DNA of 62,507 bases, counting the filler, from Basidioascus undulatus (Eukaryota), in assembly GCA_000826855.1 (NCBI GenBank). It is 3 parts of 3 records of this genome, joined end to end, with 100 filler letters (N's around TTAATTAATTAA, not from the genome) between each part and the next. Parts side by side here need not be neighbours in the genome. Positions count along the whole stretch, not along the records: positions 1 to 20,782 come from JTLS01000358.1; positions 20,883 to 41,657 come from JTLS01000359.1; 1 more part is not named here. One strand, written 5' to 3'. The notes below the pieces were generated by a model. It was not told where the DNA came from. It saw only the letters and a program-made list of their open reading frames with translations, and did no database searches. This document shows, piece by piece, positions 13,421 through 26,444 of this stretch (its first letter is position 1; each line of letters starts with the position of its first letter). The translations under genes and the position numbers were made by a program.

Positions 13421-14740
13421 TGGGGAAGTGATTGTGACGACCGCTGGGTTGCAACAGAGAGGGATGAGGAAGGACAAAGAGCGCCTGGACGAGGGCTCTT
13501 TATGCAATTCTTCAACCATGTCCAGAGGCGCATGGATGAGTCCACTGTCTTCCCCCCGCAACGAAAAACAGTCGCGTCCACCGCAGCGGCATGTTCGACG
13601 CGGAGCCGACAGGTGCAGTCCGCACACATGATCTCGCTGGTGTGGGCGTTTATGGGGCTCTATTGCGGAGAAAAGGGGATCAGAGAGGAACGATGGGCAA
13701 GTACTAGTGGAGATCAAGAGAACTGTGAAGCCAGACCGATCGAAGTCGTCGGCTTCCTGGCCAGCGTGAGTGAGCGACCTGCAGAAAGGCTGTCACTGCG
13801 AGTGGGCTCAGGCGCTCGGCGCCAATTGTGACTCTTGACTTATGGTTTCTCTATTTCTCACTTTACCCGATCTTTGCGGTTGGAAATCAATCGTCATCAT
13901 GATCCGGCTCTCCGAATACATGCTGTCGAAGTCAGTCGTGTCCGCCAGCAACTCTCAGCGCTCTGCAACGGTGCGTTGCCGGCTCTGTCCGCCGCCTGCC
14001 TAGAAGTTGGCCCCACGCAGTTCCATAAAACCAAGATTAAAATTAGTTTCACCCGTCAAGGCAATTCGATATCAATGACCTAGCGCTTGTCCCGCGAGGT
14101 GTTGACTACTACACCGTGACGGATCCAGGGCCTCGCGGAGGGCTAGAAATCTATGCACCATGAGGATTTACCTGTCTGGTATTTCCATCTATTATCCTGA
14201 TGAAGAAGCGGAAGTTCCTCCCAGCGTAGAGACAGTCGGATTAGCAGTGTACATTCAGGCCTTCTCTGAAACGACGAACTCGTCCCCGGCCGGGGAGGTG
14301 GGAGGCATGAAAGCTTTGACGCCATGTTCTGCGATCACCAACCAAGGCAGCTGAGAAATTCACTTCCAACTTTCAAATATTCATCATCCGAAGACAGCTG
14401 TGGGGTATCGACGGTCAGCGCCTCCTTATGGGCAACAGAGGCGAACGCAATGCGCATGTTGACTGCCTTCGGCTGCGTAATACGACCAGACCCCAAGTCT
14501 ACATTGGAACTTTCAATTAATCCTACCCATAGCGTCTCCGATCCTCGTTGATCCAAGGATAGCTTGACAGTATTGTAGCCTGGCGCTCCGTCGTCTGGTG
14601 ATGTCCACGCGCTGGCCATGCGGCGCTGCACCAAAGGAACATTTGATCTCATTGGAAAAGTCTGAACGAGTGGCTGGATCATAGAGTATGCATGAATCGA
14701 CCAACTCTCCGTGCGCCCGCAAGCTTGAATCCCTGACTCT

Positions 14741-16030
14741 TCAGTCCTCCGGCGGCGGCGCCAGCGCGACGAGCGCGAACTGCATGCTGTCCGGGCTCGT
14801 GTTGATGAACTTTTCGCGGATGACTTTGGCAGCGTCCTGAAACAAGCGGTGTTCATGAAAGGGAACATGGTTAAGTGAAAAAGAAAGCCCGCGATGAAAG
14901 CGTATTGAAAAGGAACGCACGTTCAGGAGGTCAGTGCTCGGCCCGCTACGATCGCGACGACACCAGTCAGAGTCAGCAAGAATCCCAAACCAGAATCCTG
15001 ACAACTGCGCATGCAGAGAACGTACTGGTCTACCGGCCCCTCCTTCCTCCCATCCAGCTCAATCAGCCTCAGCCCGCCCCGCTCCGCCTCGCCCTCCCTC
15101 AAGCCCCCGCCCTCGCGCTCCCGCACGCTCTCCGCGGGCGCCTGCACGAATGCGACGAAGTGAAGGTCCACGTCTGCGCCCGGCTCGGGCGGGGCGGTCT
15201 GCCCTGCGCTGGCGGAGGCTGCATGTGCCGTGCGAAGAAAGGACGCGCGGTTGAGGAGGTCGACGCGGGCGGCGGGGGAGAGCTCTGGTTTTGGGAATAG
15301 CGGGAAAGTGACAGCAATGAGTCTCTGGAAATAAATTAGGGGAAGGAAGAGAATGAGAAAGGTAGCGGACCGCGCGCTTGGATGAAGAATTGTGCGAGCG
15401 GGGAGGTAGGGGTGAGCGTGACCTGCGTGTTGGCCAAAGCATGCAGGAGCCCGATCGTCCCACAGGCGTTTCCGACCTGTTGGCCGCCCCACCCCAACAC
15501 GATTTCAGCATCGAGCTCACATACATATATCGAATAAGGATGGCAGCCACGCACCCTCTGCGGGAACCACGTCAGCGTCCTGTCGAGTTCCGGCTGGCCC
15601 TCCGCGCGGATCCGCTCGGCCTCCTCCTTCCTGGCGCGCTCGTACTCCTCCGAGACAGGGAAGAGGAGGAGGAGCGCCTTGGCGGGCTGGGGGACCATCG
15701 CGAGGAGCTCTGTGCTTCTCATGGTGGGTCAGTCTCCCGAGGGGGAGGGGGAGATGGTGGAGGGGAACGCGCACCTGGGTCAAGACCATACACGTCCTGG
15801 AACGCATCCGTCTCCGTCGCGAGACCGAGCTTCTCCGACCAGGCGTTGAAGACTTCGGGGTTGGCTTCCTGCAAATGGGGCCAAGGTCAACTGGTCAGTC
15901 GGCGGATGGCCGCAGTCGAGAGGAGACGCACGAGAGGGATCCAGGATTCCCTGGCGGTGTCTGCAGGCGGAGGCGCGTCCACCGGCTTCGCCCCAGAGAG
16001 CTCCTGAGCGATCTTGACGTTCAAGTCCAT
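14741..16030 (-). CDS. YUH1: Ubiquitin C-terminal hydrolase, peptidase C12 (UCH-L3/Yuh1-like)
   Basis: WIPL|EANPEVFN, DVYGLDP|ELLAMVPQPAKALLLLFP, GNACGTIGLLHALAN (catalytic Cys), LHFVAFV (His), IELDGRKEGP (Asp), QFALVAL. Confidence 0.92.
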
Positions 16031-16617
16031 TGTTTTGTTTTCCGAGTGTATTGGTGGAGAAGATGGAAGCAAAGGAGATGATGGCAGAGAAGGTGCTGCC
16101 AAGGTCTGCGGGCCGAACGTCATATTGGGGTCGATTCCCACGCTCTGATACCTTCTCTTGCGGGTCCAGCACCAAAGAAAGCGGTGTGCCCTAGGGCAAT
16201 TGCCCTGGCAGCGTTGAGGATGTGGGATCAGCTGTTAGGAAGGCCAGGAGGCATAAGATTTGGAAGTACACGGTGATTTATACGGCCCTTGAGTAGGTAT
16301 TGCCCGCTCACAAGGCTCCGTGGCAGAATGCCAACAGCCGCAGCGCGTTCTCCATCCGATGGTGAGTTTCAGACAGACCTAAAGGAGCTGAACACACTCA
16401 ACAAAGCCCCCAGTAGAATTATATTCCATTCCTGATTAAAGTCCACGATCCTCTCCCTTTCCCTTACACCCGAACGCCTGATCTGCACGGCCAAGCACGC
16501 TCGTCCAGCTGAATCCGACCCGGACGTCTGTCTCACTCTCAAGGAATAGCCCCAAGAAGAGCGAGAAAGTTACACACGCTGAGCAGACAATTACTCGTAC
16601 TGAGCTGTACCTGGGGT

Positions 16618-16761
16618 CTACTTCCGCTCGATGCCCGCGACGTCGCAGATCTGGTGCTCGCCCGAGCCGAAGCAGCGCTGATGCTCGGGCGTGGGCGCGG
16701 CGGTGGCGAGGCCGAATACGGCGGTGAGGGCGACGAGAAGGGCGAAAGTGCGAATTTTCAA
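16618..16761 (-). CDS. Putative small secreted two-cysteine peptide (47 aa), apparent TTG start
   Basis: (L/M)KIRTFALLVALTAVFGLATA-APTPEHQRCFGSGEHQICDVAGIERK*. Signal-peptide-like N-terminus, GC-rich codons against an AT-richer flank, CATAAAA about 80 nt upstream; no in-frame ATG near the start. Confidence 0.55.
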   Translation of the reverse strand: MKIRTFALLVALTAVFGLATAAPTPEHQRCFGSGEHQICDVAGIERK

Positions 16762-17758
16762 TGAAGAGTTATGGGAGTGTTCGGTGGTTGGGGGTGAGTG
16801 GAAGCTTTGCTGAGTGCCAATGTGCAGCTGGTGTCGCTGGTTTTTATGTAGGACGAGCACAAAGGCTTATCATCGGAACTGCTTATAGCCACTCCCTCGC
16901 CCGCATGTGGGAGGGCATGGCACGACCATGCAGCGTTTTCCAGGCATCGGTTGGGCATGGCCGTGCTCATGCGTGGTCTGGCCGCAAAGATCAGGGGCAG
17001 TGCATGCTCTCCCGTCGGCGCCGGCTTTGTTTGTCCTGCTGCGAAACGCCCTACTTTTTATTGAAAACCCATGGGAATGGAATGGAATCACAATGCCTTT
17101 CCGTTCCACATTTCACATAGAAGGGCATGATAAGCCTGCGCATAGTTTCCGGCCATGCCTGCACTCACGATGGCATCCGTATAGCGTTATCAGAGTGTAT
17201 TAACATAAACTTATGTTTCAATAGCTGCAGTGAATTCAAATTAAGGAAAGGTAGATGAAGCGGACCTGCCATCATCCAGCGCTTTCGGCGACTGCCGAAA
17301 GTCGCCACACAGACTGATGCACCAGCACCTCTCCAAACCTCTCTTTCCATACCCTGTTGGCTGGGGTTGTACAATATTCCAGAAGACATGGTTAAACAGG
17401 CGAAGTGAATTAATCAAGTCAACGCAAATATAGGGTAGATTTGGGGCGACAGCTGCGCTTTCGACTTTCTTGCTCGCAGTCCCTCGCCGAACTGCCTCGC
17501 AAAGCTACAGCGGTGCCGACGAACGGGCTATCCCCATACCCGACACGTTCCCGTCCCTTTCACGAACCCGAACCTCCAATCCACCATCCCCACAGCGCAC
17601 GGGAACAGCCCAACTCCTCCGCTCAAGCACGGCAGCGAAAAGTGTCATGAACGTGTATCGCATCGCTTCTCGCGGACCAGCGCGAAAGCTCTCTCCACCC
17701 CACATACCTCCCAACCTACCTGTCGTGCAGGGTATAAAGCGTCCTAGCATTCGAGGGT

Positions 17759-20700
17759 TCAAGCGTTGACCCAGACATGGTTTGCAGTAGCGACGAGTCG
17801 GTTGAACGCCTCATCGCGCCGTGCGACGCCCGCGAACCTGAGGACCTGTGGGGCCGTTCTCCACATCAGCACATCTCCACGGTAGAGCCGGGTATGGCTG
17901 AAATAGAGCGAAACGATGGATTCGAAAGAGGTGTCGAAGCGAACTCACCTCCCCCCCAGCAAACCGGACTTCGAGTCCCCCACTGACCGCCACGCCCAGC
18001 CGCAAGCTCGTCGTCTTCCGCACGCCCTCCACCTCCTGTAGCGGGCGCGACAAGTTCGCGCCCGAAAAGGGGCGGAAGAGGATCTCAGACGAGGAGAGGA
18101 CGAGCGTGCCTGGTGAGCGGTAGAGCGCAAAATGGGCTGGGAGCGAAGGAAAGGCATGTGAGGTGAAAGAACAGCGGGATGGATGAAAAATCATGGAAGA
18201 AGGACGTACAGGTCGTGCTGCCCGCTGGGAGAGTCGCAGAGCGCTGGAGCGTCAAGCCGGACTTGGCCGAAGTCGGAGTCGAAGGTGTCGAGTCCTGCCC
18301 CACAGCAATCTACCAGCCGTTCGCACGGTTGGGTTTTCTGTCTCCACCTTGTCCGTCCCGCGAAGTCCACCAACCCACACCGCAAGCCGGCAACTCACCT
18401 CGCTCTCCCCGCCAAGGCCCGCCATCTTCAAGAACACGCCCCGATCACCGCTCATGACCTGGCTGAGGACGTCCGACCCGCGCTCGGCCATGCGCCCGCC
18501 CTTCTGCAGCGTCGACGCAAACTTTTTCCACCCGCCCTTGGGCTCCTTGCCCTCCTCCGCCTCCTCCGCCATGCCATCCTCTGCGGGAAGGGCAGACTTG
18601 GAGCGCTTGGGCTTGGGGAGCGCGGGAGGGATGACGGGGAGCGGCTCGCCGGCTGCTGCGCGCGCGCGAAGGACGGAGAGGACGAACTGCGCGTCCGTGG
18701 GAACGTCGGCGAGGTTCCAGCTGTTGTGCCCGTCACATAGGCAAGTCAACATTATGTCACTGGCTATTGAGCGACAGGGACAGTGCCGCACCTGATGCGC
18801 CTGTATCTCGGGAAGTTGACTTGAAGCGGGACGACGAGGAAGAGAACGAGTCCGAGACCTGCGAGGCTGAGGCGGACGAGCGCGGCGTGCGAGAGGAAAC
18901 GGACAGCGAGGAGCGGGGGGAGAAGGACACGCATGATGAAAGACCAGGTTGAGCGGGGGGAGCGCCAGAGGTAGAGGCTGGGTGAGGGGTGCGTTTAGCT
19001 GGGATGGGGCGCGGGGGATGCGATGAAAAGGACACACTTCTTGACCTTTGTGGCACGCAAATGCGACCATCAACTATCATCAACAGGGGCGAAGAGATCG
19101 CACAGGGCGCAAGTAAACAGCGCGCACCTTCTCAAAGAAGTCGGCCAAGTCGCCCGATACCTGCCATCCTCTTTTTCAGCACCTCCTCCCTCCCCTTGAT
19201 CACCCCTCACTGCAAACACACACCATCTGTATCTCCCTCCCATAACCCCTAACAACCTTCTGGTACGCGTTCCTGAGGCCCTTCTCCCTCCTTCCAGGGA
19301 CCGCCCCATCCCCGCCGAGGCTCTCCTCGATCTCCGCCGCCTCCTCCGCGCGCCGGCCGGTCTCCTCCACCTCCTCCACCAGCACCGCGCGCGAGGGCGG
19401 GGCAAAATGGCGCGCGAGGAGCGCGCCCGTGATGGCGAGGAGGAGCACGGTGGGGAGGAGGTCGAGCGAGACGAGGAGGAGGTAGCCCTGTGTATGGGGG
19501 TAGTGAGGTGAGGAAAGGTTAGGAAGGGGACGGTGGGATAACGGGAAGACGGACACAGAGGGCGAGGAAGGTGTGCAGGCGGTTGCGCCACATGATGAGC
19601 TCGAAGAAGGCGCGGCCGCCCGCTTCGAGGGGGGAAGCGCGGATCACGACATAGAGGCGCTCGACTGTAAAAAGACGTTTAGACCGGGAATGAGCGCTTC
19701 TTGGTGTGAAGGGAAGATTGAAGTGGGGACGCACGGTTCGACGCGAGCTTGCCGTACCGGAAGGGCTGGAGGGGCGACTCGTCGCTGTGTACGTGCCGAA
19801 GTCAGCCACTACTATCCAAAGAGAACGTTGATAGGGTATGCATACAGGTCGAGCGGCAGGTGAGTCTCGAGAGTATAGATCAAGGTCTGTTCGGCCGAAC
19901 GAAGTCAGCACGAGACGTCAGAGACGGATTCAGGAGGAGAGCACAACGCACCGCGAAACCAAAGGCGATCCAGTCCACCGCCTCCGCCCCCCCTTCATCA
20001 AAGTCCGGTTCGGGCTCGTCCACGATGCCTCCAGGAACGGGGCGCCCGCTGTTCTTCTTCGGCGAAGGCTCGGATGGTCGCTCAGTCTTCTCCTTCTCTC
20101 CGTCCGTCCCCTTCTCTCCGTCCTTCTCCTTCTCGCCCTCCTGCTCTTCGGCCGCACCATTCTTCGTCTCCTCCCCACCTTCCGACACCCCTCCCTCCTC
20201 CTGCACCTTCCCGCCCCCGACCTTGACCTCCTTCCCCGCGCCAGCGCGCACGACGTAGTCTGCCAGGCGCGGTTTCTCCGGGAAGGACTGGAACGCCGCT
20301 TGGGCGGTGGGGAGCGCCGAGACGGAAGAGACGTGTTCTGCCATCATCCATCATTACCAATATCAGCCTCCAGAGCGCCCAAAAGCGGGAAAAGATCGAG
20401 ATGAAAGCCGTACTCCCGAAATGCTGGAGGTACTGCACGATCTGGAGGTCCTCGATCTCGCGCGCCGAGAGCGTGCTCATCGTCGGCTTACGGGTGGGGA
20501 GCGGAGGGGGTGCGGGGGGCACACGGCGCAGCGCGGGTGCATCAGTGGGCGTGTTGTCGCTGGTGCGGTCGGTGGTGGTCGCTGTAAGCTTGTCGGGGGA
20601 GGGAAAGGAAGACGCATGCTCCTGCGCGGATAGCTCGAGGATGCGTTGGAACTCCTGATGCGTCAAGGATTGCGACTGGGTCAGATTCGGGATCAGGGCT

Positions 20701-20782
20701 GGATGGATGGAGTGAACTGGCTCTGACCGCTTCTTCCTGCTCTTCCTCGGGCGATCCCGGTGACTGCGGCTGCGAGTTCACC
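17759..20782 (-). CDS. DUF3292-like integral membrane protein with C-terminal GRAM/PH-like domain; 5' end runs into the gap
   Basis: Spliced FRYGKLASN..ERLY, IMWRNRLHTFLALC|GYLLLVSLDLL, hydrophobic segments, C-terminal PGTLVLSSSEILF...GLEVRF...RRDEAFNRLVA..W; stop TGA at 17759-17761. Confidence 0.7.
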
Positions 20783-20882
20783 NNNNNNNNNNNNNNNNNN
20801 NNNNNNNNNNNNNNNNNNNNNNNNNNTTAATTAATTAANNNNNNNNNNNNNNNNNNNNNNNNNNNNNNNNNNNNNNNNNNNN
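20783..20882. other. Assembly gap with six-frame-stop linker
   Basis: 44 N + TTAATTAATTAA (20827-20838) + 44 N. Confidence 0.98.
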
Positions 20883-21256
20883 CCGCCTCGCCGCCCTCCC
20901 CGCCCTGTCCCTCCCCTCCCCCGCGCCGCCCTCCCTCTTCCAAGCTTCCACCTCGTACGCCCACAGGCCAGGGCCCGTCACCTCCGTCCTGGCCCGCGTC
21001 GCGCGGCCCACGCTCGAGTTCGGGAGTGTGGTCGGTGTGCGATTCCCGACGTAGTGCGTTGCGGTTCTCCCCTCTCCGCCCTATAGCAACGGAAGACGCT
21101 GAACGAGAGACGGCGACACACAGCGGTCAGACTTACCAGCCCTCCCAGATCAAGCGCAAGAGGAAGCACGGCTTTCTCTCGCGCTTGCGCACTCGGGGAG
21201 GGCGCAAGATCCTACTGCGGCGGAGGACGAAGGGGCGCAAGAACTTCAGCCATTGA
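20883..21256 (+). CDS. Mitochondrial ribosomal protein bL34m; presequence start lost in gap
   Basis: [49 protein letters not shown], a typical L34 core with one intron at about 21054-21124, preceded by an Ala/Pro/Ser/Arg-rich presequence-like stretch. Confidence 0.93.
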
Positions 21257-22462
21257 GCGGGAGGGTTGGGGTGCGTGAGGATGGGAGGGGGAGCAGGCGG
21301 CGCACGACCCTGGTGGACGCTGCTGCGGGTTGATGGACGGTTCGGTAGAGGATGGAGAGTGTGGGTGGCGGCTGGGAGTCTGGTACACGGCTGCATACAC
21401 TGGCCTTGCCGCTTGACTGGGACACGCACTGCTCACCTCACCTCCCATCGTCCGCGCCGCACGCCGTCTCTATGGCTCTCGCCTACAGGATGTTTCTCAC
21501 TTCGACATTCGCTCGACGCCTCTTTTCGCTCATCGAGAGTGTACTGATTCATACTCACTCGCAACGAAATTTTCCCATCTTTACTCCCTTCGACTATCCT
21601 TCCCTGCTCCTTCTTCCCTCCCGCCTCTTCGTACGGCGGTCATCTGAACGCCAGCTTCGAAAGCTTCATATGGACTGCGGATCAAGCGGGAAGACTCGGC
21701 CTACTCATGTGCACGTGCTGGACGCTCGTCTTATCGCATATGCTTGGACACCCGCTTCCTGAGTGCGCCTCGATCGACACTCAACACTGGCCAGGACGCG
21801 CCCACAATCACCATGCCCCCCAGCAATTTTCTTTCCTCGCTCTGTTTGTGTCCCATCCGGCACTTGCATCGATCTGAACTCTTTCGCATTACTGGTATCT
21901 CGCACTGCCTTCTCTCCTTCGCCTTGCCTCAGACCTCTCCCCGTCCGTTGCTGCGCCCCGAACCTCATGCCTTTCCAACGCAGGCCTCTCCATCCTATTC
22001 GGCGCTCGTCCTGCGTGCGGTCCTCCACGCTGAGCCAACTGCTCACGGAAAGGGGCAAGCGGTCGCCACCGCTCGACACCTGCTCGCAATGTACGTGTGC
22101 GGGGTCGACACTCCTAACTCAGCGATACAGATACGCCAATCGCACTTCCGCTACCCAATTTCCTTGCTCCGAATGAATAGTCCCAGATAATGATTTTTAA
22201 GTCTATATTTTATCGGAGCGCTCTTGTCCACAGTACTGCGTTTCGGAGAAGGGCAGTAATTCCGCTGTTCACTGGCCATTACAGAGCCACCATCTCCTTT
22301 GAAAAGCTCTCGCCTACCATGAGCCCCAGAATCAGAAACTGATCCTCGAAGCGCCTCTCCAACCCCTATATCAGTCGCAAGCAAGCTATCTGATACATCG
22401 CAGTCCGACCGTCTTCCCGACGCAAGTCTATGTCCTTTTTCTATCGACGTTTCTCCCGACAT

Positions 22463-23657
22463 CTACCACGGCACCGCCTTCCCCGCCCAATCCTTAAACG
22501 CCCCGCTCTCGCTCTCCTCCAGTTCGCTGACCACGTCCAAGAGCTTGTCGGAGGCCTGCTCAGGCTTGAACACGCCCTCTTCCGGCTTAGGCTCCCCCGA
22601 GACGTAGTCGCGCGAGAGGTTGGAGATGACGGTACCTGTTAGAGCGAGTATGACCGCCAGTAGGTCAATGGGGGGAGGACCGATGGGGGAGGGGGGGAGA
22701 ACGCACCAGGGTGGTACGCAAGTGCTGCGGCGGGCAAGTTGCGCAGACGCAGCTCGCGGGCGAGCGAGACGATGGACTGGTTGACTGCGGCTTTGGACTG
22801 GGAGATCGTCATGCAAGAATCAGCTGACAATTCCAACGGTCGAAAGAGTTCCCAGGAATCAACCGAGCGGTAAGAGTACCACCTGCACTCCCAAGCAACG
22901 ATCAGCTCCGCTTTCCAACCGCGACAGAGATGCAGCGGGCGGCTCACCCGCCCTTCCTGTTGTCGCCAATGCTACCCACGCGGGCGCTCATCGATGCCAA
23001 AACGGAGAGACCAGGCTTGATGGTCCCTTTTGCGGGGTCGTCCTTCGTGGGCAGGTCTGCCTCGCGGCGGGGGAGGAGGTGGATGAAGCGCTTGTACGTG
23101 AGGAGGTGGCCGAAGTGGTTGATGCGGAAGGAGCTGACGAAGACAAAGCGAGTTAGCGCGGGCACTGAAACGCAGTTTAATAAACGCAAAACTCACTCGA
23201 AAAGGTCCTTCTCCTCCAGCGACGCAATATTCTTCTCCACCCTCAACTGACCCCCACGCTCTCACATCAGCTTCCAACCTCCCACTCCCCTCTTACCAGT
23301 CAAAACTGACGATCCCCGAAACATTCAACAAAAACCTCAAGCTGCCCTTTCCAAACTCCTTCTCCACTGCCTTTGCAGCATCGCGGATCGTGTCCTCCTG
23401 CTTGACGTCCAGCTCGAGGGACGTCAGGCGCGAGGCGGACGCGTTGTCCAGGCCTTCGAGGATCGCACGGCGGCTCTTGGAAGGGTCGCGCGAGGTCGCG
23501 ACTACGCATAGGTCGGTCTTTTGAAGGAGCGCGCGGGAGACGGCAAGGCCGATCCCTGGAGATAAGGGGGTGAGGGAGGAGGCAGCGGCGGCGGAGGAAG
23601 GAGCAGCGGCGTACCGGACGAGGAGCCTTGGATGAGGGCGACCTTGGCGAGAGACAT
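22463..23657 (-). CDS. SDR oxidoreductase, CsgA/C-factor-like
   Basis: VALIQGSSS|GIGL, LELDVKQEDTI, LLNVSGI, INHFGHLL, SARVGSIGDNRKGG|WYSYRS|SKAAVNQ, AYHP|GTV, AFKDWAGKAVPW*. Confidence 0.9.
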
Positions 23658-26444
23658 TATAAGGGTGTAGTTCTGGTATGCGGCCTAAAGTGTGTTTGAA
23701 GTATGCTGTATAGAGGAGGTGAAAGATGTGCAGGAGGAAGTAAACGAGCAGGCTCGCTTTGAAGGGCGCAGGCAGCTCGTCGATCGCGCTGCCGAAGTCT
23801 CGACATTTCGTCATTTGGCGACGATGCAAAGTCGCTGCATCGCTCGCCCGCGCTACGCTGGGATCCTGTCTGTCGACCCACTCAATCGATCGCGTTACGG
23901 GACCATCATGGTGTTGCGGTTGAAGATCAAGGCGAAGCGATGCGGGCAATCGCCAATCGCGCGGACGCGGGAGATTTCGCGGAAAGCATGCACCCTGCAT
24001 GCAGTTCGTCTCTTCATGGACGTGCCCGGGCCGACCAAGCCAGCGACGGCGTGTGGTTGCCTTTGGCCAGTACACAGAACCTCGTGTCCTCATACTCGAT
24101 GAGAATATGATGTCCCAATGTCCCCAGACCTCCGCTTGTCCCGACGAACCGCGACCGCGCAGGCTGCAGGCCTGCAGCGATGAGGGTTCCTTTCGGCTTG
24201 TAAAGGGGCATGCGAGCTATATAAGGCTACCACCAGTCGGTTAAGAGAATATCTCATAGGTGTGTTGCATGCAATCTGTGATCTGAAGCTGCACAAGTAC
24301 GCTGGACTGGCTGATCCGCGTCCCAGGCAAATTGGAAGGGTTGCAGAGACCATTCATGCACGAACATGCAAGACAACATGCAATGGACAAGCCGCAGACT
24401 TGATGCCAATACCTTCTTACTTAAGGAAAAGATGGGACCTGTAGGTCGACTCCCCGATACCAATCGAGAGTGCACCGCCAGTCATGTACCCAGGACCCTC
24501 ACCTTCTTTGGACGATGTAGCGCGCCTGGTCGGCTCATGCCTCGCGCGCTGGTTGGCGGCGTCAACGACAATGGAAGGAAGCGCGAGTTGAGCAACATTG
24601 GAAGACTGTCTACAATGCAGGAGCGAGTGACAGGACGTCAGTATCCTCGTCCAAGCAGGTGTGAAGCATTGCAACGTGCGACGGGAGAGGCGCTGAGATG
24701 GGATCAGCGGACATGGATTTCTAATCCGCATGAGCCTGAGGCTCTCGGAAGAACGAAGGTAACAGATAAAGAAGTTGTTCTGCATCACGTCCCGGGGCGC
24801 CTCCCTTCCCGTCTGCACAAGAGCGGCTGAGGAGCGCGGACTCACCTTGGGGTCGAGGAGTGCTCAACGCGCTTTTAGTCCGCTAGCCCTGAAAGCGGAA
24901 GATCGGGTGATGCCGCGCTAGGGGCCATGACGAGAGTTGAGGTGAAGAGAGGAAGGAAATGGAAGTTCGGTTGAGTGGGGGGAAGTATGAAAAGGTCAAA
25001 GGAGGACAAGCCTCGAGAAGAGAGCAGACGGGCGCGCAAAGCTGTAACCCTAACCATTTCAACACAGTCGTCCACATCTTCAATCCATCATCTCCAAAAG
25101 TATATGATCAAGGTCGAGCATGACAGATAAGCTCCTTGTGTCCCATTTGTATTGTAGCAGCGAGACAGAAAAACCCCGAAGAAGCGCAAGTGATCAGTGG
25201 CCATGCGTAGCCGTGGGGAGTACAGTCCAGTCAGCGATGCAAATCTGGCCAGGATCAGGAAAGACCCCATTGCTGAATTTTAAAAAACACATTGAACAAT
25301 ACCGGAGGGAGCCTGGTTTGAGAGAGAATGACTGGCGAACAAGTACAAGCAGCCACTCGCGGTGATTCTGGCCGTTCAGCCTTGGGTTTGGAGTCCCATC
25401 GGAGTATTGGCAGGCTACGAAGAGCACCTCAGCTATGAAAGTACGTATATAGATGCACCTAATACTTAACCTTGTACAAACATGGCAAGGCAGTTGCGGG
25501 AAGGATGTTTCTGCAGGCCATCGGGTCAGTAGCTGAGAAAGCACTTCCACAGCCTAACGCTTATCGCCTTGTGTTGGGGAGTTGGTGCATATAACCCATC
25601 AAACTCACTGGCCTCAAGAAATTTCCCCGGTTCTGAAATTTATCCATCGGCCTGTAGCTGCGTAGGCGCTCATACGTTCTGTAGTCCAGAAGGGCTCCGC
25701 CTGTAATATCCCTACACGGTGCTGCTAAATTGACCGTGCTTCGCCCTTGACGATTCATGAGAATTCAGAAGAGAGAGAGAATTAAGATTGTCTGAAAAAC
25801 GCACAATTGGACGACGAAGACAGCGTGTCCTGCCTTGCCTGCTTGCCTTGCTTGTCGAGCCCACCCGGAGCAGGGGCTTCAAAATCTTGGGTAGAGGCGG
25901 CTCTCGTGCGTAGATAGATATATTTGGGGTTATTCTGCCTCAAAAAAGCCTTCCCCATCTTTACAGATGGAAGAGGTCCAGCCGAAGTAACGTGCGAGAG
26001 AAACCGACCAGTCTGATGGCATGGTTGCGAATGGGGTGTCAGAGCCTTAGGCCAGTAGTTACATTAGAGAAGGCTTCCATTGGGGGCCTATTAAATCTAT
26101 ACTGTTTGGATTATACCAGTGTGACCGTGAAAAGTCGTTGTTGGAAAGGCACACAGTGTGTCACGGTGAGTGTTGCACAGCAGCATAGCAGGCCTTCCGC
26201 ATAGCAGTGGCCGTGAGCGGGTTTAAGGATCAATCTTCATTTTCTGGCCTGCTAATTTCGATGCATGTCCACCATCAGCCCATCAAGTTCATAATCGAAC
26301 GTCGAAAGAAACACTTTGCAGAAATCGACCCGCGGCAATTCCGTGGATAGCGAACTCCCACGAAAGTGGGAAGGGTTTCACCTGCAAGCCGCTTGGTTTC
26401 GTCCTCGTCGTCCGGACGCTCGTTGTCGCCATCGTCCTCACAAA

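Noticed and set aside
20827..20838. TTAATTAATTAA palindrome (also at 41702-41713) as a piggyBac TTAA site or regulatory element
   Set aside because: Identical copies centred in N runs: a synthetic scaffolding linker with stops in all six frames.
4442..23657. Secondary-metabolite cluster (permease plus two SDRs)
   Set aside because: No PKS, NRPS or terpene synthase, and the genes are interleaved with housekeeping genes.
25044..25056. TAACCCTAACC telomere-like sequence
   Set aside because: Fewer than two full units; expected by chance.
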